A stretch of 64,000 nt of DNA from Nitrososphaerota archaeon (GCA_028867755.1 JAGWFT010000001.1:996727-1060726); one strand, 5' to 3'. Shown: positions 37,384 through 47,348, counted from the first letter of the stretch. Notes: a model not told the origin generated them from the letters alone. Made by a program: numbers and translations.

Positions 37384-38778
37384 TTGGCTGCAGGTATAGA
37401 TGACATAGCCATCTACGTTCCGAGGTTATTTGTAGATGCACGAGATTTTGCAAAAGCTCGAGGCATGGATCCAGATAAGCTTCAACGTGGACTAGGAGTT
37501 TCTCAAATGGCTATTGTAGATACTAATCAAGATCCTGCATGCATGGCAGCAAACGCATGTTTGAGATTGTTGGAGCGAAACAAAATTGCCCCTAAGGATG
37601 TTGGAAGGCTTTACGTAGCTACTGAATCCTCACTTGACGAATCAAAAGCAATGAACTCTTATGTTATAGGTATGTTGGAGCAGGTTTACGGCAATGATTC
37701 CTTGGAACATTGTGGAGGAATTGAGTGCAAATTTGCATGTGTTAGTGGTTCATATGCATTATATGATAATTCAAACTGGATTAGAGCTGGCGAAGCTGAA
37801 GGAAAACATGCAATTGTAGTTGTTTCTGACATTGCCAAATATGATCTTGGTTCTAGTGGGGAATACACTCAAGGTGCAGGTGCTGTTGCAATGCTACTAA
37901 ATGACGAGCCAAGAATTATGACTTTTGATCCAAAGGTAACATCTACTTCGATAAAAAATGAATATGATTTCTATAGACCATTTGGGAAGGAAACGCCAAT
38001 TGTCAACGGCCAATATTCTAACCTCCTTTACATGATTCAAGTAAAGAAGGCATTAATGGCGTATAAAGAAAAAGCACTCTCCACAGGGTTGATTAAACTA
38101 AAGGAAGGCGAAACACTCTTGGATTATATCGATTTCATAAACATGCATCTTCCATATAGCAACATGGGCAAGAAAGCGCTTGCCTATCTGTTAAGACATG
38201 AATGGAGAAGTATGCCGTACTGGAAAGGAATAATCGAAAAGATGGGAATGGAAGAACCAGCCCCCAAAGACCCAAGAGGCACCATAGAATCTGTTCTTGC
38301 AGATGAGGAATTCATGGCAAAAGACCATGAGTTTACAAAACGATTTACACAAACTGATGAATTCCAAGAGGCCTATGATTCAAAACTTGCAAGCTCATTG
38401 ATTGCATCTAGAGTAGTTGGAAATTTGTATACTGCATCGCTCTACATGGGATTTAGAAGCTGTCTTGAGTTTGAGTTTCAAAAAGGAACTGATCTTGAAG
38501 GAAAAAGGTTCGGATTTGGTTCGTATGGAAGTGGTAGCAGTGCGATGGTTTTTAGTGGTGTGGTCATGCCAAGGTATAAAGAAATCGTAAAAGACATGAA
38601 TTTAGAGCTAGAAATAGGCAATAGAATAAAAGTCTCACTTGAAGAATATGAAGAGATTCACGAAAATAAAAGAAGCCCAAGTGAAAATCTTCTTGATAGT
38701 AAAAAAGAGTTTGTCCTAGTCGGGGTGGAAAATACCCCTGAAATGCGTGGTCAACGCAAATATGTTTTCAAAGAGTAA
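37384..38778 (+). CDS. Hydroxymethylglutaryl-CoA synthase family protein
   Basis: ATES, ECKFACVSG, EYTQGAGAVA, HLPY, GNLYTASLY, SYGSG. Confidence 0.92.
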   Translation: MAAGIDDIAIYVPRLFVDARDFAKARGMDPDKLQRGLGVSQMAIVDTNQDPACMAANACLRLLERNKIAPKDVGRLYVATESSLDESKAMNSYVIGMLEQVYGNDSLEHCGGIECKFACVSGSYALYDNSNWIRAGEAEGKHAIVVVSDIAKYDLGSSGEYTQGAGAVAMLLNDEPRIMTFDPKVTSTSIKNEYDFYRPFGKETPIVNGQYSNLLYMIQVKKALMAYKEKALSTGLIKLKEGETLLDYIDFINMHLPYSNMGKKALAYLLRHEWRSMPYWKGIIEKMGMEEPAPKDPRGTIESVLADEEFMAKDHEFTKRFTQTDEFQEAYDSKLASSLIASRVVGNLYTASLYMGFRSCLEFEFQKGTDLEGKRFGFGSYGSGSSAMVFSGVVMPRYKEIVKDMNLELEIGNRIKVSLEEYEEIHENKRSPSENLLDSKKEFVLVGVENTPEMRGQRKYVFKE

Positions 38779-38854
38779 AACAAGATTTTTTGATCTAAAC
38801 GATCACTGAAAATCAACAAAAAAGATATAAAATCATAAATTTCTAAGAAAAACA

Positions 38855-38979
38855 TGAAAGATCGTTCAATGCCTGTCTGTTTTACTGCAGAACAATATGG
38901 TAAGATTGAGCAAATTGCAAAGCAAAAAGGAATGCTCGGTGTAGACCAGCTTATCGAAGAAACCCTAAATGAACTATAA
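38855..38979 (+). pseudogene. Apparently frameshifted small ribbon-helix-helix-like gene
   Basis: MKDRSMPVC in one frame continues as FTAEQYGKIEQIAKQKGMLGVDQLIEETLNEL* in another; one extra T in the T3 run at 38881-38883 would join them. Confidence 0.5.
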
Positions 38980-39038
38980 AAAACATCGATAAGTTCTTCT
39001 TTTTCATTCTTGCCTAACTATCAATCTTTTTTAATAGA

Positions 39039-39467
39039 TTGGATTTATTTTATGGTGTGGGCCTATTCGGACAAAAATATGCAATCTGTACAATTTGTAA
39101 AAAACAGATCACTCATAAACACAAACCAAAAAATGAATGGCAGATAGAAGGCCCTCTCTGTGGTGACTGTTATGTTACTCAAATGCAAAAATTCTACGAT
39201 CTTAGCTTAAAACAAAAATGCATTATTTGCGGCGCAGAAAAAGATGTACCTGACATGTGGGAGCCAAGATATCAGTGGGATATGAAAGGCCTACTCTGTA
39301 AGACCTGTTTTGATGAAAAAGAACAAGAATATGGAAACTTGAAGGCATTCTGTAAGATTTGTGGAAAAAAGCTTGGCACTATACGGTATAACCCTAAAAC
39401 CAAATGGAACGTCGGTGGGCAATTATGCAGGGAGTGCTGGGACTCTCAAAAGGCAAAGATGGGTTAA
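39039..39467 (+). CDS. Triple zinc-finger repeat protein
   Basis: Three CxxC..P...W...GxLCxxC units. Confidence 0.8.
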   Translation: MDLFYGVGLFGQKYAICTICKKQITHKHKPKNEWQIEGPLCGDCYVTQMQKFYDLSLKQKCIICGAEKDVPDMWEPRYQWDMKGLLCKTCFDEKEQEYGNLKAFCKICGKKLGTIRYNPKTKWNVGGQLCRECWDSQKAKMG

Positions 39468-39469
39468 GT

Positions 39470-39670
39470 ATGCATCTCTTCAAGAAACATAAATGTTCAA
39501 AATGTGATAGAAAATTTGGTCAACGTGAAGAGCTAATGCACCATGAACAAATATCTCATAGCAGCTCAGTATATGATTGCAAAGAATGTAATCTTAATTT
39601 TTCAAGCATGGAAGAGATGAGAACACATTTGCAAAGAACTCATAGTTATAGAGGAAATAGAGAGTCCTAG
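39470..39670 (+). CDS. C2H2 zinc-finger protein (2 fingers)
   Basis: CSKC..F....ELMHHEQISH and CKEC..F....MRTHLQRTH; start moved to ATG 39470. Confidence 0.85.
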   Translation: MHLFKKHKCSKCDRKFGQREELMHHEQISHSSSVYDCKECNLNFSSMEEMRTHLQRTHSYRGNRES

Positions 39671-39876
39671 AATGCTTTTACTGTCTTTACTATTGGCGGC
39701 CTTACCTTTGTAAAAACTCTGAAACCGCAAATGCATTTTATTTCTGGAAGTCTTGTCAGTTCTGATTGGCTTACTCTAGTACCACATCTCATACATGCAT
39801 AAAATACACTAAAACTAGCTGGTTTTTCTTCTTGTATGATATTTTCTTGGACAGGTTCATCAGACATGACTGACAA
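39667..39876 (-). CDS. rpo12: DNA-directed RNA polymerase subunit Rpo12 (P)
   Basis: YACMRCG..IKCICGFRVFTKVRPPIVKTVKA; downstream of rpsJ. Confidence 0.9.
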   Translation of the reverse strand: MSVMSDEPVQENIIQEEKPASFSVFYACMRCGTRVSQSELTRLPEIKCICGFRVFTKVRPPIVKTVKAF

Positions 39877-39908
39877 TAAAATTATCTGTAATTTAAGGCT
39901 AACAAAAA

Positions 39909-40217
39909 CTACTTGAGTGTAAGTTCGATATACACATCGTTTGGGATCTTGATTCTCATCAGTTGTCTGATTGCTCTGTCGTCAGCACTCAAATCTATAA
40001 CTCGACGATGTATTCTCATTTCCCATTTTTCATATGTGTGTGTACCTTGTCCGCATGGTGACTTGCGTGTTACTACATTGAGTCTTTTTACTGGTAGTGG
40101 TGTAGGACCTTTTACTTTGACGCCTGTCTTCTCGCCTATTCCTTTTATTTCACTGCAGACTCCATCCAGCCTTTGTAAACTCGTGCTTGTTAGTTTTATC
40201 CTTGCTGTCTGGGTCAT
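39909..40217 (-). CDS. rpsJ: 30S ribosomal protein uS10
   Basis: ARIKLTS, GPTPLP, RKSPCGQG..WEMRIHRRVID. Confidence 0.97.
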   Translation of the reverse strand: MTQTARIKLTSTSLQRLDGVCSEIKGIGEKTGVKVKGPTPLPVKRLNVVTRKSPCGQGTHTYEKWEMRIHRRVIDLSADDRAIRQLMRIKIPNDVYIELTLK

Positions 40218-40225
40218 TCAGATCA

Positions 40226-41533
40226 CTATTTAGTGAACTTTTCAGTGATCTCTTTTACTATACCTGCAGCAATTGTTGCACCCATGTCTCTGAGGGCAAA
40301 TCTTCCAAGCTCTGGAAAGTCTTGGAATGTCTCGATTGGTAATGGTCGCACTGGTTTGATTCTAACTATAGCTGAATCGCCTGCCTTCAAGAATTTTGGA
40401 TCTTTTTCCTCGATTGCACCTGATTGTGGGTTGATCTTGGCCTCAAATGCAACTATTGTAGCTGCAACTTGGGCTGTATGTGCATGCATTACTGGTGTAT
40501 ATCCAGGTGCAATAGCTGTCGGATGATGAATTACTATAATCTGTGCTCTGAATTCTTTTGCAACGTTTGGTGGGCTATCTGGTGATCCAATCACATCACC
40601 TCTCTTGATATCTTTCTTTTCGATACCTCTGAGGTTAAACCCGATGTTGTCTCCAGGCTCTGCAGATTCTAGCTGGGTGTGGTGTGTTTCAATACTCTTG
40701 ATTTCTCCTAAGGCCCCTGATGGCATGACAACTATCTTCATGTTAGGCTTGGCAACTCCGGTCTCTACACGACCAACTGGTACTGTTCCAACACCTGTAA
40801 TTGTATACACATCTTGTACTGGAATTCTTAATGGTTTGTTAGTTGGCTTGTCTGGAAGTTTGAATTCGTCAAATGCTTCATACAGTGTTTTTCCTGTCCA
40901 CCATGCCATACTTGGTGATTTTTTTACCAAGTTATCTCCCTTCCATCCTGAAACTGGGATTATAGGAACTTGTTCAAGTTTGTAACCTACTGATTTTAGC
41001 AATTTTTCAGCTTTTTCTTTTGCTACTTTGTAAGCCTGTTCAGAATAATTACTGTCATCCATTTTATTGATGGCTACCACCAATTGAGCCACTCCCAGTG
41101 TTCTTAGCAAGAATGCGTGTTCTCTTGCTTGTCCTCCTGGGGCAGTAGCAGTGTCTGTTTCTCCTTCCTTTGCGGAAAGCACGAGAACAGCACAATCTGC
41201 TTCTGAGGCTCCAGTAATCATGTTTTTGATAAAGTCTCTATGTCCTGGGGCATCAATTAATGTGAAGAAGTATTTTGGAGATTCAAACTTTTGAAATGCT
41301 AAATCTATTGTAATTCCTCTCTCTCTTTCATCTTTTATATTGTCCATGACCCATGCATACTTGAAAGTATCACCCTTGCCAGTCTTTTCTGACTCGGCAG
41401 CATGAGAAGCAATCGTTCTCTCATCTACAAGACCTAGTTCCATGAGGAAGTGACCCATAGTTGTAGACTTGCCGTTATCGATGTGACCGACAACGATCAT
41501 GTTTAAGTGTGGTTTTTTGCTTGCAGCGCTCAT
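40226..41533 (-). CDS. tuf: Translation elongation factor EF-1alpha
   Basis: GHIDNGKST, RERGITID, DAPGHRDF, NKMD, GRFALRDMG; start set at MSAASKKPH. Confidence 0.98.
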   Translation of the reverse strand: MSAASKKPHLNMIVVGHIDNGKSTTMGHFLMELGLVDERTIASHAAESEKTGKGDTFKYAWVMDNIKDERERGITIDLAFQKFESPKYFFTLIDAPGHRDFIKNMITGASEADCAVLVLSAKEGETDTATAPGGQAREHAFLLRTLGVAQLVVAINKMDDSNYSEQAYKVAKEKAEKLLKSVGYKLEQVPIIPVSGWKGDNLVKKSPSMAWWTGKTLYEAFDEFKLPDKPTNKPLRIPVQDVYTITGVGTVPVGRVETGVAKPNMKIVVMPSGALGEIKSIETHHTQLESAEPGDNIGFNLRGIEKKDIKRGDVIGSPDSPPNVAKEFRAQIIVIHHPTAIAPGYTPVMHAHTAQVAATIVAFEAKINPQSGAIEEKDPKFLKAGDSAIVRIKPVRPLPIETFQDFPELGRFALRDMGATIAAGIVKEITEKFTK

Positions 41534-41676
41534 ACCGACCATTGAAGACTTGGGCTTTATTACCATTTCGATTTTTTAAAATTGTTTTTGGTAATTTTTC
41601 AATAAATTGCGGTCTGATCTTTTGCTTACCTTATTTTTCACATACTATAAATCGAGGAATTTTATGACTAAACACA

Positions 41677-43179
41677 ATGAAAATCACTGTAACTGCAATC
41701 AAAGCTGATGTCGGCGGAATTGGCGGACATACAAGACCAAGCGATGGACTGTTAAATGCTGTTAGAAATATTGTCAGACCACAAATGATAAAAAATGGAA
41801 AAGGACTCTTAATTGATTCTTACATCGGATATTGTGGTGATGATATACATATTATCATGACACATACTAGAGGAGTTGATAGCAGAGAAATCCACCAACT
41901 TGCTTGGAGGGCTTTTGAGGCTGCAACTGCAGTAGCCAAAAACGAAGGACTCTATGGTGCAGGCCAAGATCTTCTAAAGGACTCTTTTTCAGGAAATGTG
42001 AAAGGAATGGGACCAGGAGTGGCTGAGATGACATTTGAAGAGCGTCCCAATGAAGCATTTACAATTTATGCTGCAGACAAAACTGAGCCAGGTGCTTTTA
42101 ACTATCCGTTTTACAGAATGTTTGTTGATACACTAAGCAATACTGGACTTATCATTAATCAAAACTTGGCAGGCGGAGTAAAGATAAACGTCATGGATGT
42201 AGAAAAAGGTAAGGTGGCTCAACTCCAATTGTGGCAAGACAAACCAACTCTTGAAGCCGCGCTAATGTATCCTGGGAGATATGTTATTTCAAGTGTATAT
42301 ACAAGAGATAATCAACCAATTCTTGCTGCTTCGACAGATAGATTGCATAACATTGCAGGAAAATATGTTGGCAAAGATGATCCAATTTGTATCATTAGAA
42401 CACAAAAGGATTTTCCGGCAACAGAAGAAGCTGGAGCAGCTTTTAACAATCCACATCTAGTTGCAGGGAATACTAGAGGAAGTCATCATGTTCCTTTAAT
42501 GCCTGTTAAATTGAATTCTCCTGCAAGTATCAACTACGCCATACCAATAGTGTCAGCGCTAGTGTTCAGCATGCATAATGGAAAACTTGTTGGACCAGTA
42601 GACGGATTTGCATCAGCCGATTGGGATTACATACGTCAAATTGCTGTAGAAAGAACTATTGCAATTAGAAGCCAAGGGTTTGTACATCCTGCAACTCTTG
42701 TACCTTCAGAACTTGAATATGCTGAAGGATACAGAGCAAGGATGAATGTGTTATGGAGCAAGATGAGACCTATTCCAAATTCAAAGGGCCCTCAATTTCA
42801 TCCACAAAAACAACAACAAAGGCCACCTCAGAACAGACCACCACATCAAGTACAACAGAATAGGCCACAGCAGAACAAACTGCAGCATCCAGGACAACAA
42901 AATAGACCACAACATCAACAGAATAATCAAAAACCCATGCCTCAAAGACCTCAACAGCAAAAACTACCACAAAAGCAGCAAAATCAAAGACCGCAACCGC
43001 TTCAACATCCTAACAATACTCAAAAACCTTTGATACAACACAAACCATCTGAGCCTCAAAAATCTGCTGAGAATACAACTGCAAAAGCAGCAAAAAAAAT
43101 AAGAAAGCCTCGCCAAACAAAATCTTCTGCTATTCCAAAGACAGAAACAAAGAAACCTGAGTCTTCAGAATCCAAGTAA
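41677..43179 (+). CDS. fbp: Bifunctional fructose-1,6-bisphosphate aldolase/phosphatase with long low-complexity C-terminal tail
   Basis: KADVGGIGGH, GDD, LYGAGQDLL, ADKTEPGAFN, YVGKDDP, RGSH; about 134-aa Q/P/N- then K-rich extension. Confidence 0.95.
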   Translation: MKITVTAIKADVGGIGGHTRPSDGLLNAVRNIVRPQMIKNGKGLLIDSYIGYCGDDIHIIMTHTRGVDSREIHQLAWRAFEAATAVAKNEGLYGAGQDLLKDSFSGNVKGMGPGVAEMTFEERPNEAFTIYAADKTEPGAFNYPFYRMFVDTLSNTGLIINQNLAGGVKINVMDVEKGKVAQLQLWQDKPTLEAALMYPGRYVISSVYTRDNQPILAASTDRLHNIAGKYVGKDDPICIIRTQKDFPATEEAGAAFNNPHLVAGNTRGSHHVPLMPVKLNSPASINYAIPIVSALVFSMHNGKLVGPVDGFASADWDYIRQIAVERTIAIRSQGFVHPATLVPSELEYAEGYRARMNVLWSKMRPIPNSKGPQFHPQKQQQRPPQNRPPHQVQQNRPQQNKLQHPGQQNRPQHQQNNQKPMPQRPQQQKLPQKQQNQRPQPLQHPNNTQKPLIQHKPSEPQKSAENTTAKAAKKIRKPRQTKSSAIPKTETKKPESSESK

Positions 43180-43231
43180 ATCATCCAGTTCAAATTACAA
43201 TTTTTATTATCGAGTCTTTGTTCATTGTTTA

Positions 43232-43744
43232 TTGGCAAAAAAGCCTCAAATTCTCATCATAGGAAATAACGAAAATGGGTGCACTCCTGAACTTGAGAAA
43301 ATAGCATACGAAACAGGAATGGAAGTTGCAAAATCCGGTGCAATTCTAATTACTGGTGGTCTTGACGGGGTAATGAAAGCAGCATCACATGGTGCAAAGG
43401 ACGCAGGAGGGATCACAATTGGAATAATACCGCAAAATGATGCGTCTTTTGCAAACGAATATTGCGATATAGTCATTCCAAGTGGCATGGGACTTGCAAG
43501 GGATTTTCTTACAGCTCTTTCAGGGGACGGTGTGATAATTATTGGTGGAGGATCTGGAACTCTCTCGGAAACATGTGCAGCTTATATGCATAAAAGACCA
43601 ATAGTATCTATCAAAAATACAGGAGGTATTGCAGATAGATATGCTGATCAATACCTAGATCACAGACAACAAGTGAAAATTACCGGGGTAGCAGATCCAA
43701 AACAAGCTGTAAAAATTATTTTAGACAAAATTAATTCTGGGTAG
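43232..43744 (+). CDS. TIGR00725/SLOG-family protein
   Basis: TGGLDGVMKAA, GITIGIIP, ARDFL, GGGSGTLSE. Confidence 0.85.
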   Translation: MAKKPQILIIGNNENGCTPELEKIAYETGMEVAKSGAILITGGLDGVMKAASHGAKDAGGITIGIIPQNDASFANEYCDIVIPSGMGLARDFLTALSGDGVIIIGGGSGTLSETCAAYMHKRPIVSIKNTGGIADRYADQYLDHRQQVKITGVADPKQAVKIILDKINSG

Positions 43745-44873
43745 ACAGAAGATATGGATCTGGCTCATAGAACTTGCCGTAGATATTAGCAAGTGACTGT
43801 AACTCTTTTACTATTTTTGCCATGCCAAGTTCTTTTGCAGTTTCAAATATTGGTTTTCGCAAACCCATTCCCAAGTTCAATGCTTTTTCTATTTCTGTGA
43901 CGTCGCTTGCCTGGTTTGTCACAAGCCACGCAGCATTATTTAGCATAGTTCCAAGCATCTGAGTAGGATCGAATTTTTTTGCTAATTCTTCTGTCAGGTT
44001 AACGCGCTCATACTTTTCTCCAGTGTATTCATAAAAACCACTACCAGTCTTTTGACCAAGTTTTTTCTGATCAAACAATTTCTGAATTAATGGGTGTGGA
44101 TTGATTACTTTTTTATCTCTAGAATACATCTCAATTGTTGCTTTATGGATTACGTCAAGACCTGTAAAATCTGCAAGTTCAAAGATTCCCATTGGAAAAT
44201 TTAAAGTAAATTTCATCGCCGAATCTATCTCGGTCATGGAAGCTTTTGTTCTGTCCATTGCCCATGCAGCTTCATGAACAAGAGGAATGAATATTCTATT
44301 TACAATAAAGCCCACTACATCTTTTTTACATAAAACAGGTTCTTTTGAGACAGATTTGACAAAGCTCATGGTCAATTCTACTATATCTCTTGGCGTTTTT
44401 TGGCCTGGGATAACCTCAACTAATTTCATCAGTTGTGGAGGATTGAAAAAATGAATTCCAATGAATTTATCCGGCCTGTTTGTAATGTTGGCGATTTCTG
44501 TAATTGGAAGTGTACTTGTATTTGATGCGTAAATTGTATTGTTATTTGCAACCGCATCTGCCTCTGCATATACCTTCTTCTTCAAATCCATTACTTCTGG
44601 AACCGCCTCAATCATCAAATCGCAATTCCTTAACGCTTCACCAAGATCGATTTTTGGAGTTATCCTGGAAAATATTTTTTGTGATTCTTCTTCTGAAATT
44701 TTTTGTTTTGACACAAGTTTATCCAAACTCCATTTGATCTTTTCCATAGCTTTGTCCAAGAATTGCTGTTCTATATCTCGCAATATCACGTTATATCCAT
44801 GCATTGCAGCAACCTGAGCTATACCATGACCCATTATGCCAGACCCTAAAACCGTGATATTTTTTATTGCCAT
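43731..44873 (-). CDS. 3-hydroxyacyl-CoA (3-hydroxybutyryl-CoA) dehydrogenase
   Basis: GSGIMGHGIA, EAVPE, SNTST, GIHFFNP, GFIVNR; likely HP/HB cycle enzyme (inference). Confidence 0.93.
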   Translation of the reverse strand: MAIKNITVLGSGIMGHGIAQVAAMHGYNVILRDIEQQFLDKAMEKIKWSLDKLVSKQKISEEESQKIFSRITPKIDLGEALRNCDLMIEAVPEVMDLKKKVYAEADAVANNNTIYASNTSTLPITEIANITNRPDKFIGIHFFNPPQLMKLVEVIPGQKTPRDIVELTMSFVKSVSKEPVLCKKDVVGFIVNRIFIPLVHEAAWAMDRTKASMTEIDSAMKFTLNFPMGIFELADFTGLDVIHKATIEMYSRDKKVINPHPLIQKLFDQKKLGQKTGSGFYEYTGEKYERVNLTEELAKKFDPTQMLGTMLNNAAWLVTNQASDVTEIEKALNLGMGLRKPIFETAKELGMAKIVKELQSLANIYGKFYEPDPYLLSTQN

Positions 44874-44916
44874 GTTAAAATTTTGTTATCTCCCTTTGTA
44901 AGTTATTCGATTTGTA

Positions 44917-45171
44917 TCAAAGACTGTCTATGATTGGTTTTAGATGAGAAGGTAGTTCTGGTAATTCGCCTATGTGGCTTATGTTATTTTGAAGAACATC
45001 TGGGCCTATCCGTCTTACCTGCTGAGTAGCAATAAGTGTCGCAATACTTCTGTCTATGTCTTTTTGTTGTAGTACTATTTTGAGTTTCTCCATTAGGATG
45101 TTTTCGTTCTCATATTTGCTTATTGCATGTTGTAATAGTATCAATTTGTCTGTACTAGAAAGATCTTCCAT
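44917..45171 (-). CDS. Small hypothetical protein (possible winged helix)
   Basis: 84-aa ORF. Confidence 0.65.
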   Translation of the reverse strand: MEDLSSTDKLILLQHAISKYENENILMEKLKIVLQQKDIDRSIATLIATQQVRRIGPDVLQNNISHIGELPELPSHLKPIIDSL

Positions 45172-45284
45172 AAAGAAAATCCTTTACTACTTTATAAAAA
45201 ATGTTTTTAAAAACTAGGGTAATTACTGGCATTTCTAGTCACCCATATTCTTAAAACCTAGCAACAATTGAAGACTACTAGATT

Positions 45285-45944
45285 TTGGATATTGAAAAAT
45301 TTACGGATGACGTATACACTGTAGCAGAAAAACTAACGCACGACAAACCTCCAGAAATGAAGGCAAGAATAAATTTTGTACGTGAACGTCTCATTGAGTT
45401 ATATCAGAAAAATCTTGTTAAAATTAACCATTCCGTGCTTGAGATAATTTGTGCATCAAATCTTATTGCACAAGGTTATTCTGTTGATATAGAAAAACAT
45501 CTTTCTGAAATTCTTGTCTGCGATGTATTTGCCACCAAGGGCGATGGAACATTCATTATGGAAATCGAGACTGGGTTTACGCCTCCTGATCATGCGCTTG
45601 ACACAATTGATTACTATGTTGCAAGAATAGCAAGCAAAATTGCAAGATATAGTCAATTTTGTTCAAAGTTTGCTCTTGCTACACCGGTAGTAGGCATACT
45701 GCCAATCCCAAAACTATTCCTCAAGCCTCCAAGCAAAAGAACTGAAGAAGAAATTCAAAAGATAAAAGATCTCTGTGATAGGTTTTACAAAAATCCTCCA
45801 ATAGAAATAAACGATATACTGAATGCTAGACTGCATTCAGTATATCTAATTAATATTGACAAATGCTTTGCAAAACAGATTGATCCGTATACTTACCTTG
45901 AACTTAGCGAAAAATTACAGGAAGCAAGCGAGATAGATCTCTGA
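45285..45944 (+). CDS. Conserved hypothetical protein (possible PD-(D/E)xK-like fold)
   Basis: 219 aa; CDVFA...MEIETG pattern. Confidence 0.7.
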   Translation: MDIEKFTDDVYTVAEKLTHDKPPEMKARINFVRERLIELYQKNLVKINHSVLEIICASNLIAQGYSVDIEKHLSEILVCDVFATKGDGTFIMEIETGFTPPDHALDTIDYYVARIASKIARYSQFCSKFALATPVVGILPIPKLFLKPPSKRTEEEIQKIKDLCDRFYKNPPIEINDILNARLHSVYLINIDKCFAKQIDPYTYLELSEKLQEASEIDL

Positions 45945-46385
45945 TTAGTTTTCTAACTCTACTTTTGTAGCCCTTTTCCTATACTCAAAAATTTCAGTAA
46001 GTTGGTTCATCACATAATTTTCAAAAAACTTTCCCACAAAACCGTAATGCAATTGAAAATCAATTTGGTCTATTATCTCTGTACGATTATCATTTATTTT
46101 ATTGAATTTGTGGATGTGTTTCCATGTTTTGAATCTGCCACTAATCATCTCATCTATGTATTCGTATGGTCTCAAGTATGTTATTTTTGAATGCCACTTT
46201 GAATTTGTAACCAACTTTGCCTGCAACCATGCTTCTGCTCCTTCTTCAAGAATATCGTTTTGTGTATTTATCGTTATTTTCATTTTTTTAGGAGTAATTA
46301 TCTTCAAGTGATTGATGTTTGTATAAAATTTCCAAACTTTGTCAATATTAGAATCTACAACAAATGTGTGTATGAATTGTTTCAT
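45945..46385 (-). CDS. SRPBCC/START-fold protein
   Basis: VWKFY..INHLKIITP, YIDEMISGRFKTWKHIHKF. Confidence 0.85.
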   Translation of the reverse strand: MKQFIHTFVVDSNIDKVWKFYTNINHLKIITPKKMKITINTQNDILEEGAEAWLQAKLVTNSKWHSKITYLRPYEYIDEMISGRFKTWKHIHKFNKINDNRTEIIDQIDFQLHYGFVGKFFENYVMNQLTEIFEYRKRATKVELEN

Positions 46386-46396
46386 AGTCTATAGTT

Positions 46397-46537
46397 CTAA
46401 TTTGTACGTACATTCATGTTGGAATCTCTACGTTTGTTTGTACATGTTTTCATTTCTTCTCTAGTATGATCTTTTATTGATTTGCCGCACATGGCACATG
46501 TGGGGGTTGGCTCGATAGGTTTACGCTCAAAGTTCAA
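46397..46537 (-). CDS. 46-aa CxxC..H..C microprotein
   Basis: TTG start; MNFERKPIEPTPTCAMCGKSIKDHTREEMKTCTNKRRDSNMNVRTN. Confidence 0.55.
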   Translation of the reverse strand: MNFERKPIEPTPTCAMCGKSIKDHTREEMKTCTNKRRDSNMNVRTN

Positions 46538-46577
46538 TAAAATATGGAACCTTTATGAAAATATATTCCTGGCGTCT

Positions 46578-46925
46578 TCAGATATGTGATTTTAAAGAGT
46601 GTTCAAGTTGAATTATTGAGCGTAAAATAAGACCAGATATTCCCAGATGAGAAGTTAGAAAGGAAGCTGCCTCTTCAAGAGCATTCTCACCCCTATATCC
46701 CTCATCGTATGTCATCTCAATTGAGCCTTTGTCAGTTTCAATAAATGCGGTTAGCAAAGAATAAGATCCAAGCTTTGCGTCTCTTCTTTGTACATAGAGA
46801 TTAAGATTTACACGTTTTACCATGTACCCCTGTTCCATAAAACTTCCTGATGAAACTAGGACTATTGTTTTGTCAGGATCTCTGTTTATTCTTGTTGGGT
46901 CTATTACATCAATTATTTTCAACAA
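46578..46925 (-). CDS. Conserved hypothetical protein
   Basis: 115-aa ORF. Confidence 0.7.
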   Translation of the reverse strand: MLKIIDVIDPTRINRDPDKTIVLVSSGSFMEQGYMVKRVNLNLYVQRRDAKLGSYSLLTAFIETDKGSIEMTYDEGYRGENALEEAASFLTSHLGISGLILRSIIQLEHSLKSHI

Positions 46926-47066
46926 ATAAAATATGCATATCTTTCTAAATAATCTTGTTACGTGAAAAGCCTTAAAATGAATTTTAGGTATTAAAATTCT
47001 TATTTATTATCCTTTTATGTGGTGAGCTCGTACTAGTAAAGAAAAGTAAGCAAAAATTATAAAATG

Positions 47067-47318
47067 CTATTCGTTGTCTACTGTTCCGCCTTGCCCGTAA
47101 ATTACTGGCATGGTTGTAGTACCTGTCACATGTGCAACATTTCTTACTTTTGATATTGTTGTATCCACTTTTCCAGGATCTTTTGCTTCGATCTTTACAA
47201 AGACATCATATTTTCCCATTACCCCATTGACTTCGGTTACATCTGAAAGGCCTTTGACACTGGCAATCACTTCTTTCTCATTTCCAGGCACACATGTTAC
47301 TAGAATATATGCAATCAT
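47067..47318 (-). CDS. Stand-alone Lrp/AsnC ligand-binding domain protein
   Basis: AYILV...PG.E..V...GKYDVFVKIEA...TTTM. Confidence 0.88.
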   Translation of the reverse strand: MIAYILVTCVPGNEKEVIASVKGLSDVTEVNGVMGKYDVFVKIEAKDPGKVDTTISKVRNVAHVTGTTTMPVIYGQGGTVDNE

Positions 47319-47348
47319 ACTGTTCCGAATTATCTGTCATTAAATAAC

